Positions 60,834 to 64,000 of a stretch of 64,000 nucleotides of DNA are shown one piece after another. The notes beneath the pieces were generated by a model that did not search any database, was not told the origin of the DNA, and saw only the letters and a program-made list of their open reading frames with translations. This DNA is from Fistulifera solaris. Its lineage: Eukaryota. The stretch covers positions 1,922,001 to 1,986,000 of the forward strand of contig AP026126.1 in assembly GCA_030295235.1 (NCBI GenBank). Reading direction: 5' to 3'. The position numbers were made by a program, and so were the translations under genes. The stretch's first letter is position 1. Each line of letters begins with the position of its first letter.

Positions 60834-61166
60834 AGCAGGTGTACTATACGAATGGCAATCATCTAGATTGTAGAAAAATCAAGATTTCGGCATTATTATA
60901 AGGTTTGTTGCTATTCATCTAATACGATCATGCAAGCACAGAGTTCCATGCTTTCCGTGTTCGTGAATCAAGAATACCTCTACTACTACTACCACCATTA
61001 CAGTAATCCTGTCCCGCCAAATGCCGAACCAGTACTGACGGAAATCTTTCCGCACCGTGCTTTTTACGTTGTGATGATGTGCCGAAAGCCAAACGAAACG
61101 ACAGTCCATTATATTGTTGTGACCGAAACAAATTTAAGGAATACTCTATATTCAACAGTTTTCGCA

Positions 61167-63676
61167 ATGAAATCTAGCGGAAGACGCCGAAAGCCTCACC
61201 GTGTACTAGTGATTGGCAGCGGAATGAGTGGCTTGGCTTGTGCGCGTGAATTGCAACAGAGAGGTTACGACGTTCTCGTCGTCGAAGCACGCCGTCGTGT
61301 CGGCGGTCGTTTGAAAGGGGGCAAGCTGCGCGTTCCTGCTACTGATGGAGGCAAAACGAACGTTGAAATGGAAGAACACGCAGTTGATCTAGGAGGAGCG
61401 CTAATTCATGGGATTGACGAAAATCCGCTGTACATGCTCGCTCAAGAATTGGGGATTGCGACACGAAGCGTTCAAGAATGTTTGTTGATGGATAGTTCCG
61501 GTTGGCCTGTGGATCCCAAACAGGATGAAAAAGCACAACATATCTTTGATGAATGTTTGGAAGAATCATTTCGTCGGATACAAGAAGCTAAAATGGGGAA
61601 AGGTGTCCTTGAAAGTACGACACCAGTCGAGTCTTCTCCGTCGAGGAAAAAGCAAAATAGTAAATCGGTTAGCGCATCCACCCGCAGCAGAAAGTTACAT
61701 GCCGAGACGTCATCGTTTGGCGATGTTTTTGAAACCGTTTGTGCAGAGAAACGAGTCGATGCTCTTCCTGCTTTATTGCAGTGGCATCAGGCGAATCTGG
61801 AAGTATCCTGTGGGGCTAGTTTTGATCGATTGGGTTGGGATTGGAATGAAGACGAGCCTTATGGATTTGATGGAGAGCACCATGCTCTAAAAGACTCGTG
61901 GAATTCAGTCACCGAACGCCTGGCGGAAACTCTTGATATACTGTTCGAATCGACTGTTACGCATATACGGCTGATCCACCCCGATCCGGTTGAGCTTGCT
62001 AAGCATCGAAAGAAATTAGCGAAAGAGGAACAGCAGCGACAACAGCTGCTACGTGCATCCATTAGTCCTTCTAAATCGGTCACTACCAAAAGCCTGGATG
62101 TGGTGCCCATGCGTGCTTCTCGTCGGATTCGTGGAGAAGATGTCGACGTACGACGATCGGGACGACAAGTGCGAAAGGCGGTGGATCGGTTTGTCGTTGA
62201 TCATACCATTCCACAGTTTCTGACCAGCCCACTCAGCAAAAGTCGAAAGCGAACACACTCATCGTCGGGACAGCATTCTTTCCGCAGCGAAAGCTATGTG
62301 CAGGTGACAGTCAAGCAGCCATCCGGTCACACGTTAGAATTAGAGGCCGATGCTGTTGTTTGTACGTTGCCTCTGGGTGTACTGAAACAAGAATCGTACG
62401 AAGGAGGAGTAGTGTTTGATCCTCCTCTTCCACAGGAAAAACAGACTGCCATTCAAAGGTTGGGAACCGGCTTACTCAACAAATGTGCTTTATCGTTTGA
62501 TAGGATCTATTGGCAAAATGTCGATTTCATTGGCTGGGCAGAGTCAGAGCAATCATCTTATCTTGTCCTAAATGGAGCAGCATATACAGGTGGGAAACCA
62601 ATCTTGATCTTCATGTATGGTGGAAACTTTGCGAAAGATATCCAGGAATGGACAGACCAACAAATAGTTGAAGATTGTATGAAGGTTTTGCAGAAACTCT
62701 GTGGCCGGCGCACAATCCCTCGTCCGCTAGATTATTGTGTGACAAGATGGGGTAAGGACCCGAGATCTCGTATGGCCTTTAGTTACATTCCACCTGGAGT
62801 GGATGGTTTTGCTGAGCTAAGAAACATGAGCAAACCAGTCTACGGACAGAGTGAAAGTTTTGGTGAGGTACCCTTGTTGATGTTTGCTGGAGAGCACACA
62901 ACTCCGTTCCATCCAAGCACCATACACGGGGCTTTCTTGTCAGGTATAAGGGAGGCGTATAGACTAGATAGTGTTGTTTGCGCCGACGCTTTCGAAAACT
63001 TTCAATTTTCCGAAGACGATCTTTATCAACATACCTTTACTATTGGAGAACATGAAAACGAGAATGGTGTCAATGACGTGGATGGCAATCAGGACGCCAG
63101 TGATAATTTTGCAACACATCAAGCTCGACCAGTATCATCGATGACAAACCGTGAACACATCACGACAGGTGGCTTCCATCGTCGAAGGGGAGCGTCGGGA
63201 GTTATGCGACTTAGCCGTCATGATGATATATCTTCCACCCCGATACTAACGGGAAACACGGTGAACACAGAGAGAACATTAAAAGCGAGGAGAAAGAACG
63301 GCCACAACGTCGATTACGAGCAGCTTTTGGTCTTGGTTCGCCGGTGTCTACGACTTCCGAAGCTAATCACGAAGAGAACCAAGCTCATGCCGCGGGTATC
63401 CGAGACTTGGAGGATAGGACATTGCTGAGAAGTTTAGAAAGCTATGGTGCAAATTTCGAATACATTCAAGAAGTTAGCCTTCCAGTTTACGGAGTTGAGA
63501 ACGACCGCAAGACGAATTTAACGCAAATTCAAGCCCGCTGTCATAAACTTGTAAAGTCTTCTCAGCTCCGAGCACCATCTCGTCCCCGACCTGCTATTAT
63601 GAAAAACTGGCTTGCAAAACCCGCTTTTACTTCCAAGGGGAAGCTTTGCGGCTCTACTACGAAAAAGACTCGATGA
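61167..63676 (+). CDS. Flavin amine oxidase, LSD1/KDM1-like (3' end uncertain; may continue past the window)
   Basis: VLVIGSGMSGLACA..EARRRVGGR, DLGGALIHG..NPL, ADAVVCTLPLGVLK, GLLNK (catalytic Lys), TRWGKDP..FSY and FAGEHT..TIHGAFLSGIREA; basic insert in the Tower position. Confidence 0.88.
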
Positions 63677-64000
63677 ATAAAACATGTTTGGAATGAAGTG
63701 CCACGCATTGTATTTAAAACATGCAGAATGCTGGGCTGCACACGATGTTGTTTTAACTTTTATTACTTTAAATGAACGAAATGCTCCTATGTATGTATAA
63801 TGATGTATCCACCGATTTAAATGTCTTTATGACCTGCGGTTGAACCCCAGCGCGACAGGAGGGATGACTCAAGCGTTATGATTCCTGTTGTTCTCCGAAG
63901 GCTTCGCGACCACTTTCCTCGACGACACTCCAGCGGCTTAACACAGCCATTATGACGCGTTCCCTGTCGTTTTTGGGTGCTTTTCGGTGGTGCACAAACT

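Noticed and set aside
60930..61166. 79-aa N-terminal extension of the amine oxidase ORF (YYYYHHY)
   Set aside because: The composition looks like promoter/UTR microsatellite (TAC/CAC repeats); the Met at 61167 just before the FAD motif is the more plausible start.
2174..63676. Widespread frameshifts suggesting mass pseudogenisation or programmed frameshifting
   Set aside because: They are single 1-2-nt indels, mostly in homopolymer or dinucleotide runs, and hit conserved genes (Vps16, Sec23-like, SmpB, XRN, trithorax) without accompanying nonsense decay. This is typical of unpolished long-read error.

Overview
Gene-dense eukaryotic nuclear DNA with short GT-AG introns, almost certainly from a diatom: there is an Lhcf gene with the ASAAA-FAP plastid presequence, several bipartite presequences, three HSF genes, a Urad-Urah fusion and a nuclear smpB. 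Most genes contain 1-bp indels, mainly in homopolymer runs, which I read as long-read assembly errors, so the gene models below are stitched across frames. About 27 protein genes or gene fragments are recognisable. Three things stand out. (1) An XRN-family 5'-3' exoribonuclease with intact catalytic motifs sits behind a signal peptide plus an F-initiated transit-like peptide, and is arranged head-to-head with a plastid-targeted SmpB, suggesting an organellar RNA-surveillance pair. (2) A 14-kb trithorax/ATX-like locus holds one full H3K4 methyltransferase, a SET-less 'reader-only' paralog, two converging degenerate fragments and three copies of a small Tudor-like domain; part of it is bracketed by an inverted ~80-bp hairpin element and a ~240-bp tandem repeat. 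(3) Two palindromic motifs recur in intergenic DNA across the window. All calls come from reading the sequence by eye; no searches were run.
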